Positions 10,774 through 20,089 of a stretch of 57,896 nucleotides of DNA are shown piece after piece. The position numbers were made by a program, and so were the translations under genes. The stretch lies in NCBI GenBank assembly GCA_964446305.1, contig CAYUOC010000001.1, positions 1,502 to 59,397 of the forward strand, in the 5' to 3' direction. Source of the stretch: an uncultured Terricaulis sp. GTDB lineage: Bacteria > Pseudomonadota > Alphaproteobacteria > Caulobacterales > Aquidulcibacteraceae. The stretch's first letter is position 1. Each line of letters begins with the position of its first letter. The notes below the pieces were generated by a model. It saw only the letters and a program-made list of their open reading frames with translations, had not been told where the DNA came from and searched no databases.

Positions 10774-11556
10774 ATGGCCCTGAAAATCGCTGCCTGGAAC
10801 GTCAATTCCATACTCGCGCGCCTGCCGACGGCGCTCAAGGTGTTCGAGGAAGTGAACGCGGACATCTGGTGTCTGCAAGAGATCAAGTGCGAGGACCCGC
10901 GCTTTCCCCGGCTTGAGTTCGAGGCGATGGGCTTCAACATCGAGACCTTCGGTCAGAAGAGCTATAACGGCGTCGCTATTCTCTCGAAGCACCGGATCGA
11001 AGAAACCGTGCGCGGGGTGCCGGGGCTCGAGCACGAGCAGGCGCGCTACATCGAAAGCGTGATTGCCGCGCCCGATGGGCCAGTGCGCGTCGCTTCGATC
11101 TATGCGCCCAACGGCAATCCGATTGGGACGGAGAAGTTTCAGTTCAAGCTTCGTTTCATGGATGCGCTCAAGACGCACCTAAGCGACTTGCTGACGCTGG
11201 AAGAGCGCTTCGTGATCGCGGGCGACTACAACGTCATTCCGCGTGAGGTGGATTGCCATAACCCGGCGGTGTGGACGGGTGATGCGCTGTTTCAGCCGGA
11301 GACGCGCGCTTCGTACCGCGCGCTGCTGAACTTGGGGCTACGGGACGCGTACATGCAGGCCGATGGCGCGGCGCATCGCTACACGTTCTGGGACTACCAA
11401 GCCGGCGCTTGGCAGAAGGATCACGGCATCCGCATCGACCATCTGCTGCTCTCACCGCAGGCGGCGGATCGCTTGGACGGCGTCGACATCTTCAAGAAGG
11501 CGCGCGGGTTGGAGAAGGCGTCGGACCATGTGCCGATCGTGGCGACGTTTGGCTGA
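10774..11556 (+). CDS. xth: Exodeoxyribonuclease III
   Basis: WNVNS, CLQEIK, YNGVAILS, YAPNGNP, GDYN, TFWDY, RIDH, SDHVP. Confidence 0.96.
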   Translation: MALKIAAWNVNSILARLPTALKVFEEVNADIWCLQEIKCEDPRFPRLEFEAMGFNIETFGQKSYNGVAILSKHRIEETVRGVPGLEHEQARYIESVIAAPDGPVRVASIYAPNGNPIGTEKFQFKLRFMDALKTHLSDLLTLEERFVIAGDYNVIPREVDCHNPAVWTGDALFQPETRASYRALLNLGLRDAYMQADGAAHRYTFWDYQAGAWQKDHGIRIDHLLLSPQAADRLDGVDIFKKARGLEKASDHVPIVATFG

Positions 11557-11558
11557 AG

Positions 11559-11583
11559 GGAACTTCGCTGTGCGCGCTCGGTT
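11559..11583 (+). promoter_or_regulatory. Putative EcfG/SigT general-stress promoter
   Basis: GGAAC-N16-GGTT ending 8 bp before the DUF4112 ATG; the consensus is GGAAC-N16/17-CGTT. Confidence 0.5.
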
Positions 11584-11591
11584 GTTTGCCT

Positions 11592-12014
11592 ATGCCGACA
11601 CGATACGACGAACCCGAAATTCTCGAGCCTGGCCGCGGTTGGCGCGATCACACCGATACGGCGGATATCGAGAAGCTCGCCGAATGGCTTGATACGAAAT
11701 GGGTGCTGCCGGGAACGACTTGGCGGTTTGGACTGGATAGCGTCATTGGTCTGGTGCCCGGCGTTGGCGACGCGGTGACGACGATTATGGGCGCCTACAT
11801 CATCGTGAGGGCGCGTGAACTTGGCGCGCCGGCGCATTTACAAGTGGCAATGGCCGGCAATCTGGCGATCGACGCCATCGTCGGCGCGGTGCCTTTGCTA
11901 GGCGATGTGTTCGACTTTGCCTTCCGTTCGAACGCAAAGAATATCCGCCTTTTGAAGCGCCATCTCGACAAGCGCGAGATGCGACGGGTCAATCCTTCGT
12001 CTTCGGCGCGATGA
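11592..12014 (+). CDS. DUF4112 family protein
   Basis: LD...PGT.WRFGLD.VIGLVPGVGD, GAVPLLGDVFDFAFRSN. Confidence 0.9.
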   Translation: MPTRYDEPEILEPGRGWRDHTDTADIEKLAEWLDTKWVLPGTTWRFGLDSVIGLVPGVGDAVTTIMGAYIIVRARELGAPAHLQVAMAGNLAIDAIVGAVPLLGDVFDFAFRSNAKNIRLLKRHLDKREMRRVNPSSSAR

Positions 12015-12165
12015 CGGATTCGTCGTCTGGCTCGTCCTCTTCCGCCGCAGGAATGGCGTAGCCGCCACTCAGCCAGCGATTGAGATCGACGTCGGCGCAG
12101 CGTTTGGAGCAGAACGGGCGGTACTTTGGGTCCTGCTCTTTGCCGCAAATCGCGCATTTGCTCAT
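11989..12165 (-). CDS. yacG: DNA gyrase inhibitor YacG (not in ORF track)
   Basis: MSKCAICGK...YRPFCSKRCADVDLNRWLSGGYAIPA zinc finger; ATG overlaps the RNase E/G stop. Confidence 0.93.
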   Translation of the reverse strand: MSKCAICGKEQDPKYRPFCSKRCADVDLNRWLSGGYAIPAAEEDEPDDESVIAPKTKD

Positions 12166-13247
12166 AGCGCCCTCGCGTCGATCTTATCGCGCGGGCCGGG
12201 CACGGCATCGATGCTCCAGCGCATGCCGATGCGGTTGGAAAGCTGAGCGCGCCAGTCGATCTCGGCGGTGTCGAGCCATGCCTTCACCTCAGGCGCTATG
12301 GTGCACGCGATTTGGCGGCCCGCTTGAGCTCGGCCCTCGCGCTCGATCGCACGCAGCGCCATCAACGCTACGGTCTCGGCGCTGGGGCGACCATCGGGAT
12401 CGCGGAGCTGTTCGTGCAACGGCGTGCGGAGCTGCGCGCGCGCAAGCTCATAGACGCCGAACTTCGAAAGCCCGCCGAATTGTACGCTCCAGGGATCGTT
12501 TGCGAATGCGGCACGCACGGCATCTTCCAGTTGCTTCAGATGCGACTTGGCCCTGAGAGACACAAAATCAATCGCGATGATGCCGCCCAGATTGCGTAGA
12601 CGAACTTGACGCGCGGCCTCGTTCGCCGCGGCAATGTTGAGGTCAAGCGCGAAGCGTTCGGGATCGCCGCTGCCCTGGCGTGCGCCAGCGTCGACATCGA
12701 TGGCAACGAGGGCGGTGACGGCGTCGATGGTGAGCATGCCGCCGCCCGGAATAGGCGTCGTGCGGGCGAGCGCGTCCTCGATAGCGGCGTCGAGCTTGGC
12801 GCGGATTTGTGGATCGGGCGCGGGCCTGGCGAGAAGCAGTTCGGCGTCGCTATCGTGCTGAGCGATGCGATGCGGATCTTCGCCGTCGTGGCCGGTTTCG
12901 GTGAGTTCGACGACAGGGTTTTTACCGCGCGCGGCTTCCCGGGTCACGGAAACGATGACGCCCTGGCCCTCGCGCAGGTTCACTCGCTCTTTGCGCATAC
13001 GGGCGCGGCCATCATCGCCGAGCGGTAGAAAACCCTGCTGGTCGCGGAGACCAAGATCAAGAAAAGCGCCACGGCGGCGTCTATCGAGTTCGCGGATGCG
13101 GGCGCAATAAAGCTCGCCCCAACGGGCGCGGCGGCCTTCGTCACTGGCGCGCGTGACGCGCAGCGCGATCGGTTTGCCGTCGCGGACCAGGGCCTCGCGC
13201 GTTTCGCCGATGGCGGTGTCGAGCCAAGTTTCGAGCGGCTCGCTCAT
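12162..13247 (-). CDS. Short ribonuclease E/G family protein
   Basis: S1-like N-terminus, [32 protein letters not shown]; lies between maf and yacG. Confidence 0.88.
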   Translation of the reverse strand: MSEPLETWLDTAIGETREALVRDGKPIALRVTRASDEGRRARWGELYCARIRELDRRRRGAFLDLGLRDQQGFLPLGDDGRARMRKERVNLREGQGVIVSVTREAARGKNPVVELTETGHDGEDPHRIAQHDSDAELLLARPAPDPQIRAKLDAAIEDALARTTPIPGGGMLTIDAVTALVAIDVDAGARQGSGDPERFALDLNIAAANEAARQVRLRNLGGIIAIDFVSLRAKSHLKQLEDAVRAAFANDPWSVQFGGLSKFGVYELARAQLRTPLHEQLRDPDGRPSAETVALMALRAIEREGRAQAGRQIACTIAPEVKAWLDTAEIDWRAQLSNRIGMRWSIDAVPGPRDKIDARAL

Positions 13248-13801
13248 GAGCGCGCGGCTTCGATGAGGTTGGCTGTCTCGTAGAGCGGCAAGCCGATGAC
13301 GGAGGAGTACGAGCCGATGATCGAGGTGATGTAGCGGCCTGCCAAACCCTGCGCGGCGTAGCCACCAGCTTTGCCCTGCCACTCATTGCTGGCGATGTAG
13401 GCTTCTACCTCTGCGGGGCTCAACACTTTGAACGCAACGCGGGTTTCGACGAGACGCTCGCGGATCACCGTGTCCGTCTTGACGGCGACGCCCGTGTAAA
13501 CGCGATGCGAGCGGCCGGAGAGCAGGCGCAAGCACTCGCGCGCCTCCTGCTCGGTTTCCGCCTTCGGCAATACGCGGCGGCCGACGGCCACAACCGTGTC
13601 GGCAGCGAGAATGATGGCGTTGTCGGCCTTTACTGCCTCTGCCTTCTGACGCGCGAGCCGAAGCGCGAGGTTGCGCGGCGTTTCTTGCGCAAGCGGCGTT
13701 TCGTCTATGTCCGCCGCGATCACTTCGTCCGGCGTGATGCCGATCTGCGCCAACAGCGCCAGCCGGCGCGGGCTCGCGCTGGCGAGAATGAGGCGGGTCA
13801 T
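13244..13801 (-). CDS. maf: Maf family nucleoside triphosphate pyrophosphatase
   Basis: [25 protein letters not shown]. Confidence 0.95.
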   Translation of the reverse strand: MTRLILASASPRRLALLAQIGITPDEVIAADIDETPLAQETPRNLALRLARQKAEAVKADNAIILAADTVVAVGRRVLPKAETEQEARECLRLLSGRSHRVYTGVAVKTDTVIRERLVETRVAFKVLSPAEVEAYIASNEWQGKAGGYAAQGLAGRYITSIIGSYSSVIGLPLYETANLIEAARS

Positions 13802-14670
13802 GGCCGCTTCGGGAAGCCCAGGCGCTTGGCGATAATCTTATCGACCGTGCGCGGGTTCATCAGGCGCGGCAGCGTGCGGTCCATGAAGGGGTTGCGCAGG
13901 ATGTGATAGCGCGTCTTCGGCTTGGGATCGCTAAGGCAGAGCCAAATCAGGTTGCCGACATCCTCCGGCGGCAAGCCGACCTTGCCCTGCTTGACCATAT
14001 AGTCGGCGACGCGCTCTACCATCGGGGCATAGTCGGTGTTCGAGTAGCGCTTGAGATCGTTCTGTTCGGCCTTGTCCCAGATCGGGGTGGCGATCGCGCC
14101 GGGGCCGATGACGATGACATCGATGCCGTAGAGCATCAGTTCGCGGCGCAGGGACTGCGAATACCCTTCCATCGCAAACTTGGACGCCGCGTACGGGCCA
14201 ACGAACGGCGCGCCGTTTTGACCGCCGACGGATGAGATCATCACGATGCGGCCCGGGTTGCCGGTGCGGTTCTTGTCGGCGCCGAGCACGTCAGCGAACG
14301 CGCGCGTGACGTTGTGAACGCCGAAGAAGTTGATTTCGAACTGGCGGCGCAATTCGTCCGTATCGAGGTGCAGCAACGGTCCGGGCACCGCGATGCCGGC
14401 ATTGTTCACGAGACCGAAGAGTCTGCGGTTGCCGAGCGCGGCGGCAACCTGCGCGGCGCCCGCGCGCACGGCGGGCTCATCAGCAACATCGAAGATGAGC
14501 GGCGTTACGGCTTCGCCGAATTCAGCTTTGAGGCTGTCAGCATCCGCCTGCTTGCGGACGCTCGGAAACACATGCGCGCCCTCGCGCACCGCCTTGGCGA
14601 CCGCCGCGCGGCCGATGCCGGTGGAGGCGCCGGTGATAACCACCGCACGATCGAGGGAGCCTGCTGCCAT
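13798..14670 (-). CDS. Short-chain dehydrogenase/reductase
   Basis: [19 protein letters not shown]. Confidence 0.93.
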   Translation of the reverse strand: MAAGSLDRAVVITGASTGIGRAAVAKAVREGAHVFPSVRKQADADSLKAEFGEAVTPLIFDVADEPAVRAGAAQVAAALGNRRLFGLVNNAGIAVPGPLLHLDTDELRRQFEINFFGVHNVTRAFADVLGADKNRTGNPGRIVMISSVGGQNGAPFVGPYAASKFAMEGYSQSLRRELMLYGIDVIVIGPGAIATPIWDKAEQNDLKRYSNTDYAPMVERVADYMVKQGKVGLPPEDVGNLIWLCLSDPKPKTRYHILRNPFMDRTLPRLMNPRTVDKIIAKRLGFPKRP

Positions 14671-14888
14671 TACTTGAAGCGATACGTTACGCGCCCCTTG
14701 GTCAGATCATAGGGCGACATCTCAACCAGGACCTTGTCTCCAGCCAACACGCGGATGCGGTTCTTGCGCATCTTGCCCGCGGTGTGGCCAATGATCTCGT
14801 GCCCGTTTTCAAGTTCGATCCGGAACGTCGCGTTCGGCAGAAGCTCGATCACGGTCCCGGCGAATTCCAATAGTTCTTCCTTGGCCAT
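14670..14888 (-). CDS. infA: Translation initiation factor IF-1
   Basis: MAKEELLE...LPNATFR...[16 protein letters not shown]...YDLTKGR. Confidence 0.98.
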   Translation of the reverse strand: MAKEELLEFAGTVIELLPNATFRIELENGHEIIGHTAGKMRKNRIRVLAGDKVLVEMSPYDLTKGRVTYRFK

Positions 14889-14919
14889 TCTTTCTCCTGA
14901 ATCGGCGCTAGCGGGGGGC

Positions 14920-14948
14920 CTTATAGGCGGGCGGCCCTATCCCGTCGA
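14920..14948 (-). promoter_or_regulatory. Putative sigma70 promoter for infA
   Basis: TCGACG-N17-TATAAG on the minus strand, about 30 bp upstream of the ATG. Confidence 0.45.
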
Positions 14949-15401
14949 TGGGCGCGGGAAGCGTTGGGCGATCCGCCGCGCAAGGCCGTCCCGGACCGTC
15001 CGATACTCCATAAGCACTTGTTCGCGCGACCCTTCCGCCAAGGAGGGGTCGAAGGTCGGCCAGTACTCGGCGGCGGCGGCCAGCTTGGGGACCAGTTCCA
15101 GGGCCGTGTGATGGGCCTCCGGGGAGAGCGAGACAATCAAATCAAAGGGGCCGTCCTCGAAATAGTCGGTCTCGAAGAAATCGAAGCCCTTGGGCTGATG
15201 GCCGGAGATGTCGCCGCCGGCCTCGTCCATGACGAAGACCGCCATATAGGAAACCTCCTCGCCGGGGCGAAGGCCCACGCTGTCGACACGGACGGAGGAG
15301 CCGAACTGCATACGCATCAGTTCCGCAGCCATAGGCGAACGGATGACGTTGTGGGTGCAGGCAAACAGCACCGATCCCGGCGTAGCGTCAGCCTCGGACA
15401 T
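14937..15401 (-). CDS. Low-molecular-weight phosphatase / ArsC-like protein
   Basis: VLFACTHNVIRSPMA P-loop, YWPTFDP; usual neighbour of UPF0262. Confidence 0.88.
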   Translation of the reverse strand: MSEADATPGSVLFACTHNVIRSPMAAELMRMQFGSSVRVDSVGLRPGEEVSYMAVFVMDEAGGDISGHQPKGFDFFETDYFEDGPFDLIVSLSPEAHHTALELVPKLAAAAEYWPTFDPSLAEGSREQVLMEYRTVRDGLARRIAQRFPRPSTG

Positions 15402-15861
15402 GAAGCGCGCAGACCAGCGTGAACAGACGCCGCGCGGTTTCGTTGTCGATAGCGAAGTGGCTGGCGAGCGCTTCCTGCAGCACCTCCGCCGCTTCGTTGT
15501 GAAGCCCACGCCGGCCCATATCGAGCGCCTCGATCCGGCTGGGCGGGGCGTCGCGGATGGCGGCGTTGTAGCTCTCGCAGATGAGGGCGTAGTCCTTCAC
15601 GATCTTCCGCAGGCTGCCCAACGGCGCCTGGTGCAGGATGACGCGGACGCCGGCGACGTCGCTGACGTCGAGGACGAGACGTCCCTCGGACATGCCGAGC
15701 AGCAAAACGTAAGGCCCTCGATCCTCGTTGAGGACGGCAAAGGAGTTCGACTCTTTCAGATCGAAGAGCGCGATGCGGCGATCGTGTTCGGCATTGGCGG
15801 AAGCGGGCGCGACCGAGGCTTCATCGAGAGTGATTTCGGTGAGGCGATTGCGTTCGCTCAT
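15388..15861 (-). CDS. UPF0262 family protein
   Basis: EHDRRIALFDL, KDY..ICESY, IEALDMGRRGLHNE, TARRLFTL. Confidence 0.93.
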   Translation of the reverse strand: MSERNRLTEITLDEASVAPASANAEHDRRIALFDLKESNSFAVLNEDRGPYVLLLGMSEGRLVLDVSDVAGVRVILHQAPLGSLRKIVKDYALICESYNAAIRDAPPSRIEALDMGRRGLHNEAAEVLQEALASHFAIDNETARRLFTLVCALHVRG

Positions 15862-15871
15862 CGCGGCGCCG

Positions 15872-16312
15872 TCAGCTCTGCTCGTGATCGGGCCGGCGTG
15901 GCGTGGGCCAGCTCGGGCCGGTATCGATCAGGACGGCGTCGAGACATTCGACGTCGATGGCGATTTCGCCGCCACCAGCGAGCAACAAGCGCACGACGCC
16001 GCCGGGTGGCTCTTCTTCCGGGATGAAACCGATCGAGAGGACTGAGGCCAAGGCATCATCCAGATCGGCGCGGACGCGGCGGCTCTTCACCCCCAGCACA
16101 CTATCAAATGAGAGCGCCGAACGGACGCGCTCATACGGGCCCTTTTCGCCGGCGGTTTCCCAGCGGAAGCGGTTGAGCATCACGATGAAACGGCGCTGCT
16201 TTTGATCGAAGCTGATTTCGCCAACGCGCACGAGCGCGTCTTGCACGGCGGCCCCGATAATATCGAGATCGCCTGCGTCCTCCGCCATCAATCTGAGCAG
16301 ACCCGTCGTCAT
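15872..16312 (-). CDS. DUF2948 family protein
   Basis: [11 protein letters not shown]...QDA, NRFRWE, VECLD; follows murA. Confidence 0.9.
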   Translation of the reverse strand: MTTGLLRLMAEDAGDLDIIGAAVQDALVRVGEISFDQKQRRFIVMLNRFRWETAGEKGPYERVRSALSFDSVLGVKSRRVRADLDDALASVLSIGFIPEEEPPGGVVRLLLAGGGEIAIDVECLDAVLIDTGPSWPTPRRPDHEQS

Positions 16313-17589
16313 GCCGCCTGTTCTTCTCGTTGACGCACGATTTGCGCGCCGCAGGCCTGCAGTTTCGCTTCGAGTTTCTCGAAGCCGCGATCGAGGTGAT
16401 AGACGCGATTGACGGTGGTTTCGCCTTCAGCGGCGAGGCCAGCGACTACGAGGCTCACCGAGGCGCGCAAGTCCGTCGCCATCACCGGGGCGCCGAAGAG
16501 CTTCGGCACGCCGGTTACGATGGCTTCGTTCGCATGCACTTCGATCTTGGCGCCGAGGCGCGCGAGTTCCGGCGCGTGCATGAAACGGTTTTCGAAGATG
16601 GTCTCTTTGATACGCGAGACGCCATCGGCCATGCACATGAGCGCCATGGCTTGGGCTTGCAGATCGGTGGGGAAGCCGGGGAATGGCTCGGTTTCGAAGT
16701 CCACGGCTCTGAAGCGGTCCTTCACGGCGCGTTGAACGCGAAGGCCGCGGCCCTCGGCGTCGACGCGCACACCGGCGTCACGCAGGAATTTGATCATCGC
16801 GCCGAGATGTTCGAAGCGGGCGTGTTCGAGCAAGACGTTGCCGCCCGCTGCGGCGGCGGCCATCGCGTAGGTGCCCGCTTCGATACGGTCGGCGACGACG
16901 GGGTGCTTCGCGCCGGAGAGCTTGGCGACGCCTTTGATGTTGATGGTGCCCGTGCCGGCGCCCTCAACCTTGGCGCCCATTGCGTTGAGGCAATCGGCGA
17001 GGTCGGCGATTTCGGGTTCGCGGGCGGCGTTCTTCAACACCGTGTCGCCATTCGCGAGCACGGCGGCGAGCATGGCGTGCTCGGTGGCGCCAACGGACGG
17101 GAACGGGAATTCGATCTCAGCACCCTTCAGGCCACGAAGCGCGGCGGCTTTCACATAGCCTTGTTCGATGACGATATCGGCGCCCATCGCTTCGAAGGCT
17201 TTGAGGTGGAGGTCCACGGGGCGGGCGCCGATGGCGCAGCCGCCGGGAAGCGACACCGTCGCGTGGCCGGCGCGGGCGAGCAGCGGGCCGAGCACGTTGA
17301 AGGAGGCCCGCATCTTCCGCACCTGATCGTACGGGGCGATGGTGGAAACGATCTCGGCCGCGTGCATGCGCAGCGTGTGGGTTTCCTTGATCCAGGTGAT
17401 CTCGACGCCCAGCGTCTTCAACAACTGCGCCATGAAGCGCGTGTCGGCCAGATCGGGCATGTTCTCGAGCATGAGCGGCTCGGCGGACAGCAAAGCCGCC
17501 GCCTGCAGCTTCAACGCCGAGTTCTTGGCCCCGAAGATCGGGATAGTTCCGTTGAGCGGCGCGCCGCCCGTGATGACAATACGATCCAT
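16309..17589 (-). CDS. murA: UDP-N-acetylglucosamine 1-carboxyvinyltransferase
   Basis: [54 protein letters not shown]. Confidence 0.98.
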   Translation of the reverse strand: MDRIVITGGAPLNGTIPIFGAKNSALKLQAAALLSAEPLMLENMPDLADTRFMAQLLKTLGVEITWIKETHTLRMHAAEIVSTIAPYDQVRKMRASFNVLGPLLARAGHATVSLPGGCAIGARPVDLHLKAFEAMGADIVIEQGYVKAAALRGLKGAEIEFPFPSVGATEHAMLAAVLANGDTVLKNAAREPEIADLADCLNAMGAKVEGAGTGTINIKGVAKLSGAKHPVVADRIEAGTYAMAAAAAGGNVLLEHARFEHLGAMIKFLRDAGVRVDAEGRGLRVQRAVKDRFRAVDFETEPFPGFPTDLQAQAMALMCMADGVSRIKETIFENRFMHAPELARLGAKIEVHANEAIVTGVPKLFGAPVMATDLRASVSLVVAGLAAEGETTVNRVYHLDRGFEKLEAKLQACGAQIVRQREEQAA

Positions 17590-17622
17590 GAAGCTCTTTC
17601 GCCGGCTCCCCCCGGCGGCCGG

Positions 17623-17651
17623 TTTATGGGATGCGGCGGCGGCGTAAGCAA
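17623..17651 (-). promoter_or_regulatory. Putative sigma70 promoter for the murA operon
   Basis: TTGCTT-N17-CATAAA on the minus strand. Confidence 0.45.
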
Positions 17652-17684
17652 GGCGGCGCCTATGCGGTGAAGCATGGCTCGCCG

Positions 17685-17801
17685 CTAGTTTTTCTTAGGG
17701 TCAGCCGGTTTCTTCGCCGCCTTCCGGCGGGCGATGTTGCGTTTGAGCGCCTCGGCCAAGCGATCTGCGCGTTTTGGCGGCGGTTTCTGCTTCTCGTTCA
17801 C
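17685..17801 (-). CDS. 38-aa basic small protein upstream of murA (not in ORF track)
   Basis: GTG start, [38 protein letters not shown]; resembles the RLxxALxxNLxRRK peptide recalled upstream of murA in alphaproteobacteria. Confidence 0.65.
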   Translation of the reverse strand: MNEKQKPPPKRADRLAEALKRNIARRKAAKKPADPKKN

Positions 17802-17856
17802 TAGTCGAATCGACCCCCCGCACGGCCCTCGCTAAGGTTCATTCCCAGGGGACCAC

Positions 17857-18972
17857 ATGACGGCCGAAGCCGCGCCAAGCCAGACTTTCGCCCACAGCGG
17901 GAAGTTCTTCAACGTGCTCGGGCTCGCGTTGAAAAACGCCGGGCTGACCGTCATCACGCTCACCATGTACCGCTTCTGGGCGCGCACTTCCATGCGGCGG
18001 CGGCTGTGGTCACGCACTTGGGTGCTGGGCGATCCGCTCGAATACACAGGCAACGCCGCCGAACTCTTTCGCGGCTTTCTGATTTCGTTGCCGTGTTTCT
18101 TTCTGCCGGCGATCTTCGTTTTCTACATCGCGCCCTATGCGATCGAGCCGGTGTGGGCGGGCTGGCTGACGTTCGGTTTCTATGTGCTCTCGGTGCCGCT
18201 GATTGCGGCGGCGCGCTACTGGATGCGGCGCTACCAACTTTCGCGCACGCGTTGGCGGGGCATCCGGCTTGGGCTCGCGGGCTCGGGATGGAGCTTTGCG
18301 TCCGCGTCATGGGGATGGTGGGTGCTGCAGATGCTTTCGCTCGGCTGGTACACCCCGGCCGCGCGCATCAATCGCGCCCGGCTGTTATGGGAGAACACGC
18401 GCTTCGGCGACCAGCCCTTCCTGTTTGAGGTGCAGAATGGGGAGTCACCGCAGAAAGGCATGTGGTGGCCGTTTGCATTTGGCTGGCTCAGCTTTGCCGC
18501 GGTCGCGGTTGTAACGCCCGTCATCGGCACGCTGATTGCCGCCGCCATTATCACCAACATGGGCATCGATCCGACCGACCAGGGCGCCTACACCGGCACC
18601 ATGGTCGCGATGTACCTGATCGTGCTGGCGATCTACGGCCTCGCCTGGCTCATCTGCTGGGCGCCCTATAACGCTGCCGCAATGAACCGGATCGCTTCGC
18701 TAATCACGATCGACGGCGCCCGCTTCAAGCTTCGTGCGAAAACCTTCTCGCTCCTGGGCGTGACGCTTCTCGGCTGGTTTTTCATTATCGCGTCCCTCGG
18801 CCTGCTCGCACCGATCGCTGGCTTTTTGCAGGTCCGGTATGTGCTTAACCGGCTGGAGCTGATCGAGACGCCACGCTTTGCAGATATTGGCCAATCGGTG
18901 CTGGCGGAGTCGAAAGCCGGTGAAAGCCTCGGCGACGCCTTCGACCTCGACATGGGCGTGGGGGTGATCTGA
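17857..18972 (+). CDS. YjgN/DUF898 family membrane protein
   Basis: LTVITL..YRFWA, LEYTG...ELF.GF, SRTRWRGIR; multiple TMs. Confidence 0.9.
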   Translation: MTAEAAPSQTFAHSGKFFNVLGLALKNAGLTVITLTMYRFWARTSMRRRLWSRTWVLGDPLEYTGNAAELFRGFLISLPCFFLPAIFVFYIAPYAIEPVWAGWLTFGFYVLSVPLIAAARYWMRRYQLSRTRWRGIRLGLAGSGWSFASASWGWWVLQMLSLGWYTPAARINRARLLWENTRFGDQPFLFEVQNGESPQKGMWWPFAFGWLSFAAVAVVTPVIGTLIAAAIITNMGIDPTDQGAYTGTMVAMYLIVLAIYGLAWLICWAPYNAAAMNRIASLITIDGARFKLRAKTFSLLGVTLLGWFFIIASLGLLAPIAGFLQVRYVLNRLELIETPRFADIGQSVLAESKAGESLGDAFDLDMGVGVI

Positions 18973-20087
18973 TGCAGGCCCGCTACGCCGACGGCCGCGC
19001 CGCGGTTTTCACTGATGTTGAAGTCGAGTTGCGCCCGGAGGCGCTTGTGATCCGGCGCGGCGAGGCGACGCTCTCTTGGGAGTATTCGAAACTCGCGCGC
19101 GCTGACGATCACAACGGCCGCATCGTGCTCCGGCCCCACAAGCCGGACACCGGCGAACGGCTGATGCTGGACGACGTTTGGCGCAACGAACTGAAAACGG
19201 TCGCGCCGCACCTGCTCGCGCCGCGCGCTCAAGGTGTGGAGGGCCGGGTAACGGTCGCTGCGCTGGTGACGCTCGCGTGGTCCTTGGCCGGCGCGTTCCT
19301 TGTTGGCATCCCCTTCGCGGCCGATCCGCTGGCGCGGGCGATGCCGGAGCGCTACCGCACGCAGATCGCTGATATTTCGTGGTCGCAGGTCAACCAGTTC
19401 ACAGCCCAATGCGACGACGCCGATGATGCGACGCGCGTTCTCAATGATCTCGCTTACCGGATGATGGAAGCATCCAACGTCGCAAACCGCGACGACATTT
19501 GGATCACGATCGCAGACGCGAGCTTCCCCAACGCCTTCGCCCTGCCGGACAATTCCATCATCGTCACCGACGAATTGATCGGCATGGCCGAACATCCCGA
19601 CGAGCTCACCGGCGTGCTGGCGCACGAAATCGCGCACATCGAACACAACCACATCATGAAGAACGTGATCCGCCAGATCGGCGCCGGCATCTTCTTCGAC
19701 GTGGTGTTCGGCGGCGCGGGCGCAGGCCAAGCCATCGCCATCGCTTCCGTGAACCTTGCGGGTCTGCGCTATAGCCGCGGTGACGAAACCGATGCGGACA
19801 GCCGCGGCATGGATTATCTCGACGCGGCAGGCATCAGCACTGGCGGCATCGCCAGCATGTTCGAGCGCTTCCAGGATTACGAAGAGAACGCTGGCGTCAG
19901 CGATATACCAACTATGCTCTCAAGCCATCCGGCCTCCCGCGAACGCGCGGACGCGGCGCGGACGCGGGCGCGCCAAGGGCTAGCGCCATCGTTGACCGAG
20001 CGCGAATGGCGGATCGTGCAGCAAGCCTGCGGCGGCGCAGATACCGTGACCACAGAAGACGAAGAAACGCCGGCGGCGGCGGACTAG
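18972..20087 (+). CDS. M48 family metallopeptidase
   Basis: NAFALP, VLAHEIAH, YSR..E..AD, SSHP; start overlaps the yjgN stop. Confidence 0.92.
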   Translation: MQARYADGRAAVFTDVEVELRPEALVIRRGEATLSWEYSKLARADDHNGRIVLRPHKPDTGERLMLDDVWRNELKTVAPHLLAPRAQGVEGRVTVAALVTLAWSLAGAFLVGIPFAADPLARAMPERYRTQIADISWSQVNQFTAQCDDADDATRVLNDLAYRMMEASNVANRDDIWITIADASFPNAFALPDNSIIVTDELIGMAEHPDELTGVLAHEIAHIEHNHIMKNVIRQIGAGIFFDVVFGGAGAGQAIAIASVNLAGLRYSRGDETDADSRGMDYLDAAGISTGGIASMFERFQDYEENAGVSDIPTMLSSHPASRERADAARTRARQGLAPSLTEREWRIVQQACGGADTVTTEDEETPAAAD

Positions 20088-20089
20088 GC

